This document shows, in pieces, positions 10,730-19,744 of a stretch of DNA of 64,000 nucleotides. The translations under genes and the position numbers were made by a program. Under the pieces are notes generated by a model. That model saw only the letters and a list, made by a program, of their open reading frames with translations. It did not search any database and was not told where the DNA came from. Position 1 is the first letter of the stretch, and every line of letters begins with the position of its first letter. Source of the stretch: an uncultured archaeon (lineage in GTDB: Archaea; Asgardarchaeota; Thorarchaeia; Thorarchaeales; Thorarchaeaceae). Where the stretch lies: positions 1 through 64,000 of the forward strand of contig CAZLEV010000005.1 of assembly GCA_964558645.1 (NCBI GenBank), read 5' to 3'.

Positions 10730-11791
10730 ATGACATTGCAAGAAAGTAGACACCTCACAGGACTAGCAGATATTTCGGAAGGGGAGCCCCTCATCGAGAT
10801 ACGAAACCTGACAAAATGGTTCCCAGTCAACACAGGATTCCTGTCATCGCTGCTCTATAAACAGGAACTCTATGTACGCGCAGTCGACGGAGTAACGTTT
10901 GATATCAAGAAGGGAGAGATTCTGGTACTTGCAGGTGAGTCAGGATGCGGCAAGACCACAGCAGGACGCACCATTCTTTATCTTGAAGAACCAACTGATG
11001 GGCAGGTCATCTATGCAGGGCAAAGTCTAGACGAGCTTGACCGGAATGAGATGAAAGAGCTTCGCAAGAGGATGCAGATTACGTTCCAGGACCCATATGA
11101 GTCACTTAATCCAAAGCAGAGTATCTACAGCATAGTGGCAGAACCACTGTCCGTACACAAGCTCCCGCTTACTCCAAGTCAGCGAAGAGCAAGGGTGCTT
11201 GAGGCTCTCGAAAGTGTTGCACTAACACCGGCAGAGGACTACATCGATCGCTATCCCCACGAGCTTTCAGGGGGTCAGCGACAGAGGATTTCAACTGCAC
11301 GAGCACTCATTCTTCATCCGGAGTTCATGGTTGCAGATGAGCCGGTTTCGATGCTTGACGTATCCATTCGTGCAGAGATTCTGAACCTCCTGCTGGACCT
11401 CAGAAAGGAAATGGGTCTGACATACCTCTTCATCACCCACGACCTTGCGGTCGCAACATATATCGCCGATAGAATCGGAATCATGTATCTTGGGAAGATA
11501 ATGGAGTTGGGTCCAGCGCACGAAGTTGCCTTCAACGCATATCACCCGTATACTCGGGCGCTCATATCTGCAGTCCCGTCGGGTGATCCAACTGTGAAAC
11601 GCCGCGTGGAGTCTCTCAAGGGAGAACCACCAAGCCCAATCAACGTTCCATCAGGTTGCAGGTTCCATCCCAGGTGCCCCTACGCACAGGAGATCTGTGT
11701 GCGAGAGATGCCCGAGGACAGAGATATGGGCGACGGCCACTTTGTGTCTTGTCACTTCGCAGGTGAGCTTGAGGACGCCCCTCAGTTTTAG
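10730..11791 (+). CDS. Peptide ABC transporter ATP-binding protein (DppF/OppF-like)
   Basis: [38 protein letters not shown]. Confidence 0.95.
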   Translation: MTLQESRHLTGLADISEGEPLIEIRNLTKWFPVNTGFLSSLLYKQELYVRAVDGVTFDIKKGEILVLAGESGCGKTTAGRTILYLEEPTDGQVIYAGQSLDELDRNEMKELRKRMQITFQDPYESLNPKQSIYSIVAEPLSVHKLPLTPSQRRARVLEALESVALTPAEDYIDRYPHELSGGQRQRISTARALILHPEFMVADEPVSMLDVSIRAEILNLLLDLRKEMGLTYLFITHDLAVATYIADRIGIMYLGKIMELGPAHEVAFNAYHPYTRALISAVPSGDPTVKRRVESLKGEPPSPINVPSGCRFHPRCPYAQEICVREMPEDRDMGDGHFVSCHFAGELEDAPQF

Positions 11792-11806
11792 TCAGAGAAA
11801 TGAGAT

Positions 11807-11846
11807 GGTGACAGAGGCCACGCTGTCACCTCTATTCTTATTCTTC
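11807..11846 (+). terminator. Hairpin plus T-rich tract after the dppF-like gene
   Basis: GGTGACAG-N8-CTGTCACC, then TCTATTCTTATTCTT. Confidence 0.5.
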
Positions 11847-11860
11847 CGTGGTGCAACAAA

Positions 11861-12289
11861 ATGAGCGAACGTCAAAGAACCTTGAAGGCAATCAAGACCT
11901 GCCTCTCAGATGCCTACGATCACTTTCAGAATGCAATGGACGCCCTCGATGAGATAGGACGCGGTTCGGTCGGTACCGGAATGACACCACTTGTGGGAGG
12001 GTATGGTATGGATGATCCAGTTGAGAAATATCGCAAGGCCTTGATAGAGCTCGACTCCGCAGATAAATCACTCAAGCCGTTAGCTATTCGGGTTAGAGAT
12101 GGAAGAGTGAATGAAAGTCACTTCCAGAACCAAGATGCAATGAAGCTGCTTCGCGATCTAGTGAACTTCGAATACGAGATTTTGATCAAGAGAGTTTCGC
12201 GAAGGGAGGGACGCGAATCCGTCTGGTATCGGTTGAAAGAGACAAGCGGAAAATGCAAAGAGATCTACCAATCAGTGGCAACGGAATAG
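11861..12289 (+). CDS. Hypothetical all-helical protein
   Basis: 142-aa ORF with protein-like composition; fills the gap. Confidence 0.65.
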   Translation: MSERQRTLKAIKTCLSDAYDHFQNAMDALDEIGRGSVGTGMTPLVGGYGMDDPVEKYRKALIELDSADKSLKPLAIRVRDGRVNESHFQNQDAMKLLRDLVNFEYEILIKRVSRREGRESVWYRLKETSGKCKEIYQSVATE

Positions 12290-12380
12290 GACTGTTATCC
12301 AGGGGATGGCGCAGCAAGTATAATATCACTACGATGATGAGTAGTGACGGATGTGACAGCTACACCTAGTAGGACTTACG

Positions 12381-13073
12381 ATGAACTCCCCGAAGCCCAT
12401 AGACATCAGTGAGAAGATATCAGAGGTTATGCGCATCACACAGAATCTTACCCAGAGAGTCGCACGCATTCGCACAGTAGTTCGCACACTGGAAAGCCAG
12501 GCCCAAGCCAGGAAACTCAATGACGAGGGATCGTTCCGGACAGGCAAATCAAACTCGCTCATCTGCGTTCTTGCAAGAACCCAACCAGACCCACTCTGGG
12601 ATGCGCTAACACGAATTAGGGAAGCATCTACAGGATTTCCATCACTCATCCTTGTCGATCAGAGAGATGGAGTATCAAACAGCATCGCAAGAATTCCCTA
12701 CACTGCTAAGTCAGTCTTGGGACAAGCGAAGAATGGTAGGATTGTTGTTCTTACGTGGTCGCATATTATTCATCCAATCGGCGATGCGGAATCCATAGTT
12801 GTTGGCGAGAGGTACATTCACATCGCGGGCAGTTTGATGAAAGATATTACATCAAGGCTAGAGGAAATCGGAATCACAACCTACAGGGACTCGGGGCTCT
12901 ACGGAGGAGGTAGACTCACGCATAATCTAATCTCGATGATGAATATGTCAGACCTAGAGATGGTTTTGGAAATCACACTGCCTCTGCGTCATGCATACAA
13001 CGAAGAGATTCTTACGGGAATATTATCAGCGATGTTCAAACTCGAGGTGGGTAGATGGAATCATCCGCGGTGA
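12381..13073 (+). CDS. Hypothetical protein, possibly a degenerate N-formylglutamate amidohydrolase/poly-gamma-glutamate hydrolase-like fold
   Basis: C-terminal 'LYGGGRLT...VLEITLPLR' resembles the Y-x-GG...QxEI motif; overlaps the next gene. Confidence 0.4.
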   Translation: MNSPKPIDISEKISEVMRITQNLTQRVARIRTVVRTLESQAQARKLNDEGSFRTGKSNSLICVLARTQPDPLWDALTRIREASTGFPSLILVDQRDGVSNSIARIPYTAKSVLGQAKNGRIVVLTWSHIIHPIGDAESIVVGERYIHIAGSLMKDITSRLEEIGITTYRDSGLYGGGRLTHNLISMMNMSDLEMVLEITLPLRHAYNEEILTGILSAMFKLEVGRWNHPR

Positions 13074-16000
13074 AGGAAGAAACAGAACTTCCATTTTCCC
13101 ACGGAATTGAGGTCGAGCTACAGGTCATAAAACGCGATGGGAGCTGGATTCAGGGAGAAGAAATCCTTAGTGTTTTCGACAGAGTGGTGTCCCGAACAAA
13201 AGGGGCACTGGATAAACGAATACAGACAGCCCAGATTGCTTCGGTTAAGAGAAAGTACAAACAGTCTACCCAGACAGAGGAAGGTGAAAGGGGGTCTAGA
13301 ATTGTTGCTAGGTACGAAGCACCAGACGGAACAGTAAGAGAGTATACGCTCATAGGCCATGACCCCAATGTCACTTCAATCACGTGGATACTAGAGGTAG
13401 CCACACCGCCTTGCACCACCATCGAAGAACTCGCTTGGTGGGTACAGACGCTCATAGCGGTTTCCTACGATTCGATTCCACCTGACACTCAGGCAATAAT
13501 GGTTTCCACAGGCCTTAATCCCACTCAAGAGTATCTCAAGAATCTCTCATTCGGGGAACACCATCATATCCTTGGCTCAGAGGTTCCACCTGACGTGAGG
13601 ATAGGTGTGTACAATATGATCAGGAACTTCATCCCCCACCTGATTGCCCTGTCTGTGAACTCTCCATTCGAGAGCAAGATGCCCACAGATGTGGTTGAGT
13701 TAGATGATAAGGGTAACACGAGAGCTCCCAAATGCAAGAGATCAATTCGACTTCTGAAGAACACTACACAGTTGGGACCCACTAGTCAGTTCGAACTCAT
13801 ACCCTACATGAAAACGCCAGACAAAGATGCATTTGCAAAGCACGTGAACCGATCTTTTGCTCGCATGGTTGACATGTATCCGTTCACTGACTATAATACT
13901 ATTGAACTCCGAGTGTTTGATACCCAACTCTCAATTCCTCGGAGAGTGGGTATAGCGTTACTGTTGCAGGCCTTAGCGCTCAAGGCAAAAAAGATGGTGG
14001 AAAGAGGTGTAGATATCCCTGATGTGGGGTCTGACTGCCTCTCAGCCAATCGTGAGAATGCAGTTGTTGCTGGCATGTGGGGGCCCTTTCGCACTTCCAA
14101 ATCCAAGGACTCAAATGAGTTCATCGACGTCTATAACAGACAGATTGATGAATCAGGTTGCTTGCACTCTTCAAAGAGAAACCGTTTCATCGGTGATGCC
14201 GTGGTATCGATGCTCTATCTCATTAGAGATGAGATCGAAGAGCTCGGACTAATAGACAACCCATTCATGCAACCACTTTTTGTCACTGTCTTTGGAAGTG
14301 AAACAACTGCGAGCAAGACAACAGGTGCCGATTTCCAACTCGATATCTTCGCCAAGTCCAAAAACAACATGGTTGTTCTGCTCAAGAAACTGGCCGAGAT
14401 AACGAGAGAATGCTGTACAAACTGGCTATATGATCCATTAGAGGGAATGCCCAAGCTCCCTGCATGGCTGTGTTGGTGGAAAGGCATTGAACCTGAGATA
14501 GTGGTAGGCAGAGAGAGGGTGTTTGCAGGTCAAGAGGCGGAGTTCAAGATTACCGTGATGAACTCATCCGACCATGAGATTGTGGGGATCGGGGTGAACT
14601 ACTCTGTCGAAGACTCTGACAGGAACCTCGTGGCACAGAATGTACACCCCATAACGAGGATAGAGAGCGGAGAGGTCCACATCATCGATGTATCCTTCAA
14701 GACAAGGCCAGGAGTTACTGCGTACAATGTCATAGCCACTGTCGGGGTGGCAGGGAGAGAGATCCCAGTGTCAGCAACTCTCAACACGTACTGGGTGAAT
14801 GCAAGCCTTCGACCAACAACAACCACGCAATTCGCAGATGGAAAAGCTCCCGTCCTCTATGAGGGAGAGATCGAAACCAATTATCCTGCGCCTATTGAAA
14901 TTGATTCGACGGTTGAAGTTATCGCCCCTAGCAAGGAGATGAGTCTCACTCAGTCGCAGAAGAGGATGGTCCTGGGCGGAAATGGCATACTTCTGTTACA
15001 CAACAGCGATTTCTCGCCCCTGATAATACCCGCAGATGCGTTGGAGGGTGTGGAGAGATGCCGTCTTAGAATGACCATTAATGACCGAGAAGGAACGCGG
15101 ATATTTTCAAACATCTCAAAGCCGTTCTATGTAGGCTTCACAGGAAGACCAGTTCATATTTCACTCAGCAGCACCATTGACAGGGTAGTACATCCAGGAG
15201 ACACGGTTCCTATCGAGCTCAGCATATCAGGACAGGGAACGAAGAAGTTCGATGATGCGAAGGTTGATGTGAGTTTCGTAGCAGACTCGGGAAAAAATCA
15301 CAAAATCGAACTATCTTCTATGTCAGACATCCCAGAAAGACCGGTGGTAATTCACTGGCGAGTTCCTACGCTTGAAGGTACACCCCGGGACAGAAGCGGA
15401 GTCATCAGAGCGACTCTCTGGGAGGGCTTACGAAAAGCTTCTCTCACTGAATCAGAACGCTTCATGGTTAGTGATGAAGGAGTATTGATGAATATTGACT
15501 CGCTCCGTGTTCCAGACCGAGCCAGAATTGGCGAGGAGATTAGTGGATGGTTAAGGATTCGCAGAAACGTGGAAGAAGGTAAGCCCGCTACACTGAAGCT
15601 CTGGTTCAACTACAAGAAGTCTGAACCCATTCTCGCCATCGAGCAGCCAGTCAATCAAGCCAGAAACCTATCACTTGCCTTCGGTCCCCTTGAAATCCCG
15701 GAGCATGATGACTCGGAAAGCGACCAAGTCGAAATCATCGCGGAGATACTGTATGATGGAAGGCTTCTGGACCGACGAAGCGCGTTCATTATGCTCAAGG
15801 AGAGATCCTTAGCCAGAACACAAGTTTCCTTTAGCGGCATTCCGAATTTTGTGAAACCAGATGAGAAGGTATCATCTGTGATTCACTTGAATAACCAGAC
15901 AGAGAATCCAGAGCGGGCTGAGGTCAGTGTGAAGCTTGAAAGCATTGTGAGAACAGAGTCGTTGATGACCCGTGAGATTCTTCTGGAACCAGATCGATTC

Positions 16001-16483
16001 AGCCTATTGCCCGTGGAGTTCAGGGTACCAATATCGGCTGAAATGAGTACCGCCCATCTGATAGTTGACCTCAACTATGGAAACTCGAAGTCATCACATA
16101 AGAAACAGTTCAAAGTAAAGGCAATCGATAATCCAGTATTTGACATCAGATTTCAAATGAGGGATGAAAGGGGTAAGCCGATACTCTCGCTGGTTCCCCG
16201 TGTCACACCTGTGAAGATGGCCGTAGAAATCACCTCAAGAGGCCCTGGTCTTGAGAATCTTCACATGACCTTGAGAATTATGACTCGCCGAGATCTTTCT
16301 GCTGAGTTTCATATACCCTTTGACACGGTAGATAACGGAGTATTCCAGACAGAGATTGATTGGACGACCCCACCTGTTGATGTTATTACGAACTTCTACC
16401 TCGATGTTGTTATGTCACAGTATGGAAGACAGCTTCCATCAAGAGCCCTCGATGTTGAAAAGAAGCAATTCACAGTCTACTAA
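13055..16483 (+). CDS. GCS2/YbdK-type carboxylate-amine ligase fused to about 6 Ig-like beta-sandwich domains
   Basis: 'HGIEVELQVI', 'LEVATPPC', 'FGEHHHI', 'LIALSVNSPF', 'TIELRVFDTQ'; C-terminal ~660 aa of ~100-aa beta-strand repeats. Confidence 0.8.
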   Translation: MESSAVKEETELPFSHGIEVELQVIKRDGSWIQGEEILSVFDRVVSRTKGALDKRIQTAQIASVKRKYKQSTQTEEGERGSRIVARYEAPDGTVREYTLIGHDPNVTSITWILEVATPPCTTIEELAWWVQTLIAVSYDSIPPDTQAIMVSTGLNPTQEYLKNLSFGEHHHILGSEVPPDVRIGVYNMIRNFIPHLIALSVNSPFESKMPTDVVELDDKGNTRAPKCKRSIRLLKNTTQLGPTSQFELIPYMKTPDKDAFAKHVNRSFARMVDMYPFTDYNTIELRVFDTQLSIPRRVGIALLLQALALKAKKMVERGVDIPDVGSDCLSANRENAVVAGMWGPFRTSKSKDSNEFIDVYNRQIDESGCLHSSKRNRFIGDAVVSMLYLIRDEIEELGLIDNPFMQPLFVTVFGSETTASKTTGADFQLDIFAKSKNNMVVLLKKLAEITRECCTNWLYDPLEGMPKLPAWLCWWKGIEPEIVVGRERVFAGQEAEFKITVMNSSDHEIVGIGVNYSVEDSDRNLVAQNVHPITRIESGEVHIIDVSFKTRPGVTAYNVIATVGVAGREIPVSATLNTYWVNASLRPTTTTQFADGKAPVLYEGEIETNYPAPIEIDSTVEVIAPSKEMSLTQSQKRMVLGGNGILLLHNSDFSPLIIPADALEGVERCRLRMTINDREGTRIFSNISKPFYVGFTGRPVHISLSSTIDRVVHPGDTVPIELSISGQGTKKFDDAKVDVSFVADSGKNHKIELSSMSDIPERPVVIHWRVPTLEGTPRDRSGVIRATLWEGLRKASLTESERFMVSDEGVLMNIDSLRVPDRARIGEEISGWLRIRRNVEEGKPATLKLWFNYKKSEPILAIEQPVNQARNLSLAFGPLEIPEHDDSESDQVEIIAEILYDGRLLDRRSAFIMLKERSLARTQVSFSGIPNFVKPDEKVSSVIHLNNQTENPERAEVSVKLESIVRTESLMTREILLEPDRFSLLPVEFRVPISAEMSTAHLIVDLNYGNSKSSHKKQFKVKAIDNPVFDIRFQMRDERGKPILSLVPRVTPVKMAVEITSRGPGLENLHMTLRIMTRRDLSAEFHIPFDTVDNGVFQTEIDWTTPPVDVITNFYLDVVMSQYGRQLPSRALDVEKKQFTVY

Positions 16484-16840
16484 CAGATTCCGTGGCTCGT
16501 TAACAAAGATCCCGAGAGTTGTACACCGAGCAGACGAATGCATGAGAACCGACAAGACCGCTATTTGCTCCATGGCCGTTGTATTGACGTAAAACATCCT
16601 GGTGTGCGTACTGTGCTGCCTAGAGGAACCGTCTTTTTTTTATAGACAGATAGCCAAACAGCGAAAAGCAATTCGGCAGCCTTTGATGTCAATGGGAAAG
16701 GTATAAATTGAATGCAGCGAGCCCTAAGTGTAATAGAACACAACTACTAGCAAATGATATATGCTGATAGAATAGTCTGTGGTTAGACGAGGAGAGATTC
16801 TATTATATCCGCGGACTACTACCAAAGGATGTGAATACTG

Positions 16841-17770
16841 ATGATGCAAATACTCCTCCACCCAGCTGTTTCGGGGCTAATTGTCATGGGTATCATTGGT
16901 GCCCTTACCTACAAACTCGGATTTGTTGATATATCCGGGCTCATCAGCGCTTTCGTAGTCGGTTTTACAGTCTGGTATACTGGTGGCGCCGGCGCATTCA
17001 CGATTCTTCTTTTCTTCTTCGTTAGTGCAGGACTGGCAACGAAGTTCAAGTACAAGGCAAAGGCCAAGAGGAATTTGGCTCAAGAAGGAAAAGGCAAGAG
17101 ATCTTGGAAAAACGTCTTCGGTAGTGGACTGATACCCATGCTCTTCTCCATTGGTATCTACGTGAGTCAGTCATTCGCAGATCAAGGACTGGTTGATCCG
17201 TCGATTCCCTTCTGGATGTTTGGAGGTTTCATCGGAGCTGTAGCCACAACTTCAGCAGACACCCTTGCTAGTGAAGTTGGAGTATTCAGCAAGAGCAAGC
17301 CCAGGCTGATTACCAACCTCCGAAGGAAAGTTCCTGCAGGAACGATTGGCGGAGTTTCACTTCTGGGAGAGGCGGTTGCACTTTTTGCAGGATTTGCTAT
17401 TGGCCTGATTTCGCTGATATATGCGGTGTTTGCCCCGGGAATACTGCCCATCTCCAGTGCAGCACAGATGCTCTTCGTCCTGCCCCTATCAATACTGACT
17501 GCGTTCATTGGATGCAATCTTGATAGCCTCATCGGTGCAGTGGCTCAGAACAGATTCGTCTGTGATATTTGTGGCGCCATCACAGACAAAGAGTTTCACT
17601 GTGGTTATGAAACGAAGTACGTAGGCGGATTCAAGAGATTCACCAATATGCATGTGAATTTCGGATCTTCAGGAATGGGAGCGGCACTGGGAGTAGTGCT
17701 GGGAGCTGGGCTCTTTGTGTGGATACTGGGCGGGTTGTTCTTCTGGCTGCTTGCATCATCGAGCAATTAA
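16841..17770 (+). CDS. DUF92/TMEM19 family membrane protein
   Basis: 'KRSWKNVFGSG', 'ADTLASEVG', 'GTIGGVSLLG', 'DSLIGA..Q', C-terminal CxxC...HC. Confidence 0.88.
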   Translation: MMQILLHPAVSGLIVMGIIGALTYKLGFVDISGLISAFVVGFTVWYTGGAGAFTILLFFFVSAGLATKFKYKAKAKRNLAQEGKGKRSWKNVFGSGLIPMLFSIGIYVSQSFADQGLVDPSIPFWMFGGFIGAVATTSADTLASEVGVFSKSKPRLITNLRRKVPAGTIGGVSLLGEAVALFAGFAIGLISLIYAVFAPGILPISSAAQMLFVLPLSILTAFIGCNLDSLIGAVAQNRFVCDICGAITDKEFHCGYETKYVGGFKRFTNMHVNFGSSGMGAALGVVLGAGLFVWILGGLFFWLLASSSN

Positions 17771-17860
17771 TCCATCCATAATCCGCTCTAACTGATAGAC
17801 CACAGGTTCAGATAGAACTAAGAGGGACACATATCACCCGGATAGCTACGCTTCCGAGGT

Positions 17861-18601
17861 GTGAATATAACCTTGAAGAGATCAATCTCAGTCCACTGGG
17901 CATTAACTGGGGTATTTGCCGCATTCCATCTGGTGATATCTCTGATCCCCTACAGCATCGTTCTTGGCACTTCAGGGATTATATCTCTAGGGCTCATCAG
18001 CGGCCCATTGATAGGTTTTCTTCTCGGCCCGATTTATGGATCGATATCAGTTCTTATGGGGTCGTATCTTGCTATTCTTTTCAATCCGGCAGTCGCGGTC
18101 ATTGGCCCATTCACGCCGCTGGCAACTGGAGCAGGCGCATTAGCTGCGGGAGGGCTTAGAACCGGTCGAGTGCTTCCGGTCTTGACAGTCTACCTCGCGT
18201 CACTTGTTGCTTTTCTTGTAGGACCTCTCTGGGGCATCGCTTATCCGTTTCTTCTACCGCACATTGCGAGTCTCAGCATCACCGTAATCTTGCTACATCC
18301 GAATCCTACATCTCGAATGCCGTGGAAAATCGGAAACAATACGAACGGTCTATCCGAAGGTCTGAAGATCTATCCTCTCAGCTTCGTCGCGGTTATGGTT
18401 GACAATGCTGTAGGCAATTCGTTCGCGGCTATGTATTTCGTCTATATCATCGGTGCCGATGTTACAGCGATGGCAGGTGTATTCCTAGGGGTTCTCTTTC
18501 TATATCCTGTGGAGAGACTCATCGCTGCCTTCATAGTTGCGTCTCTCTATGTGGCCGTCACGGCCGCAATGATGCAGACCGATATTGACCTTCTAGGCTA
18601 G
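17861..18601 (+). CDS. Multi-TM protein, ECF transporter S-component-like
   Basis: 'FAAFHLV', 'PLIGFLLGPIYG', 'YPVERL'; about 7 TM segments. Confidence 0.55.
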   Translation: MNITLKRSISVHWALTGVFAAFHLVISLIPYSIVLGTSGIISLGLISGPLIGFLLGPIYGSISVLMGSYLAILFNPAVAVIGPFTPLATGAGALAAGGLRTGRVLPVLTVYLASLVAFLVGPLWGIAYPFLLPHIASLSITVILLHPNPTSRMPWKIGNNTNGLSEGLKIYPLSFVAVMVDNAVGNSFAAMYFVYIIGADVTAMAGVFLGVLFLYPVERLIAAFIVASLYVAVTAAMMQTDIDLLG

Positions 18602-18657
18602 ACTCCCGAAGACGAAGAGCCAAAATCATCCAGGTGTGACTCGGAAAACCGCGAGTT

Positions 18658-19521
18658 TCATACAAGACTTGTGTGAATCAGCCCCGTACTCTTCTCTCGA
18701 TGGAGTGCTCGCAGTAGAATGTAGACTATTCCTAGACCAACCAGAAATCCCATGATAGTAGTAATACCCCACTCGATTTGGAACAACTCAGGCATAGAAA
18801 CTGGCTCCAAGGGGTATGTTGGGAAGGAAACATATGCTACGACATTCCATGAGAAATGGAAAGCGACCGGAACCCATAGGCGCTCGCCGGAGAGATAGTA
18901 AGAGGTTCCAAGGACTACACCGCCCAAGAAGAGATTGAAGCTGAACAGCAATATGAGGTAGAGAGGAACACGACCGAGAGGGGTCCACCAGCTGAAGTGG
19001 AGAAGTGAGAAGATAACTGAGGACAATGCTATTCCTGTCCCTCTGCCCCAGAGGTCAGACATCCGAGTCATCATATAGCCACGGTAAGCCAGTTCTTCGA
19101 AAAAGGCTACAAGGGTGCCAATTAATGCTTGGCCGATAATTAGGTCCATTGATATCTGTGCTGGGCTCCGGAGATCTGCACCAAATGCGTAGCCTATGCC
19201 CCACACAGATGCGGCAGCTAGACCTCCTGCTATCCCGCCGAGCAGAAGTTCAAACGGAGCACCATCGTCTACATCTACGCCCACAGTTGATAGGTCTTTG
19301 CTTCCTTCCATCTCCAAGAATTTGACTACAAGGCCATACATCAGGAATAGAACACCAAAGAAAGCAAGAGTCATTGAGAGGGCAAGCAAGTCACCCGACA
19401 GAATTGCCCTGAGAAGTGGTTGAAGCTCAACAATGCCAGATACAAGTAACACGAAAAGCAAAACCCGAAATAGCTTGTCGCCTTGCTCATCACTCATGGA
19501 TATCGTTCTTGTGGGATGCAC
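18658..19521 (-). CDS. CPBP (CAAX/Abi) family intramembrane glutamic endopeptidase
   Basis: 'EELAYRG', 'FSLLH', 'AFHFSWN'. Confidence 0.9.
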   Translation of the reverse strand: MHPTRTISMSDEQGDKLFRVLLFVLLVSGIVELQPLLRAILSGDLLALSMTLAFFGVLFLMYGLVVKFLEMEGSKDLSTVGVDVDDGAPFELLLGGIAGGLAAASVWGIGYAFGADLRSPAQISMDLIIGQALIGTLVAFFEELAYRGYMMTRMSDLWGRGTGIALSSVIFSLLHFSWWTPLGRVPLYLILLFSFNLFLGGVVLGTSYYLSGERLWVPVAFHFSWNVVAYVSFPTYPLEPVSMPELFQIEWGITTIMGFLVGLGIVYILLRALHREKSTGLIHTSLV

Positions 19522-19744
19522 TCCCTCCTAAATCTTGTGCGGTGGGTAACACCAGGATTATATCGGCTGTTGATAGATACATTCAGCCAAGTGATTTAAG
19601 TATCTGTCAAGAATTCAATACGTTAGACTATAGACAGCCACTATGTATATTACCTATAGGAAGACAGAGTATCGTCAGGAGAGAGCTCGATTGTCGGAAA
19701 CACGTCGGTTGCTGCTGGAGTTTGAAACCGAAAAAGTGGGCAGA

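Noticed and set aside
11861-12289. C-terminal Glu suggesting a Pup-like tag for the nearby ligase
   Set aside because: No GG[EQ] terminus and the protein looks folded rather than disordered; the ligase motifs are GCS2-like, not PafA-like
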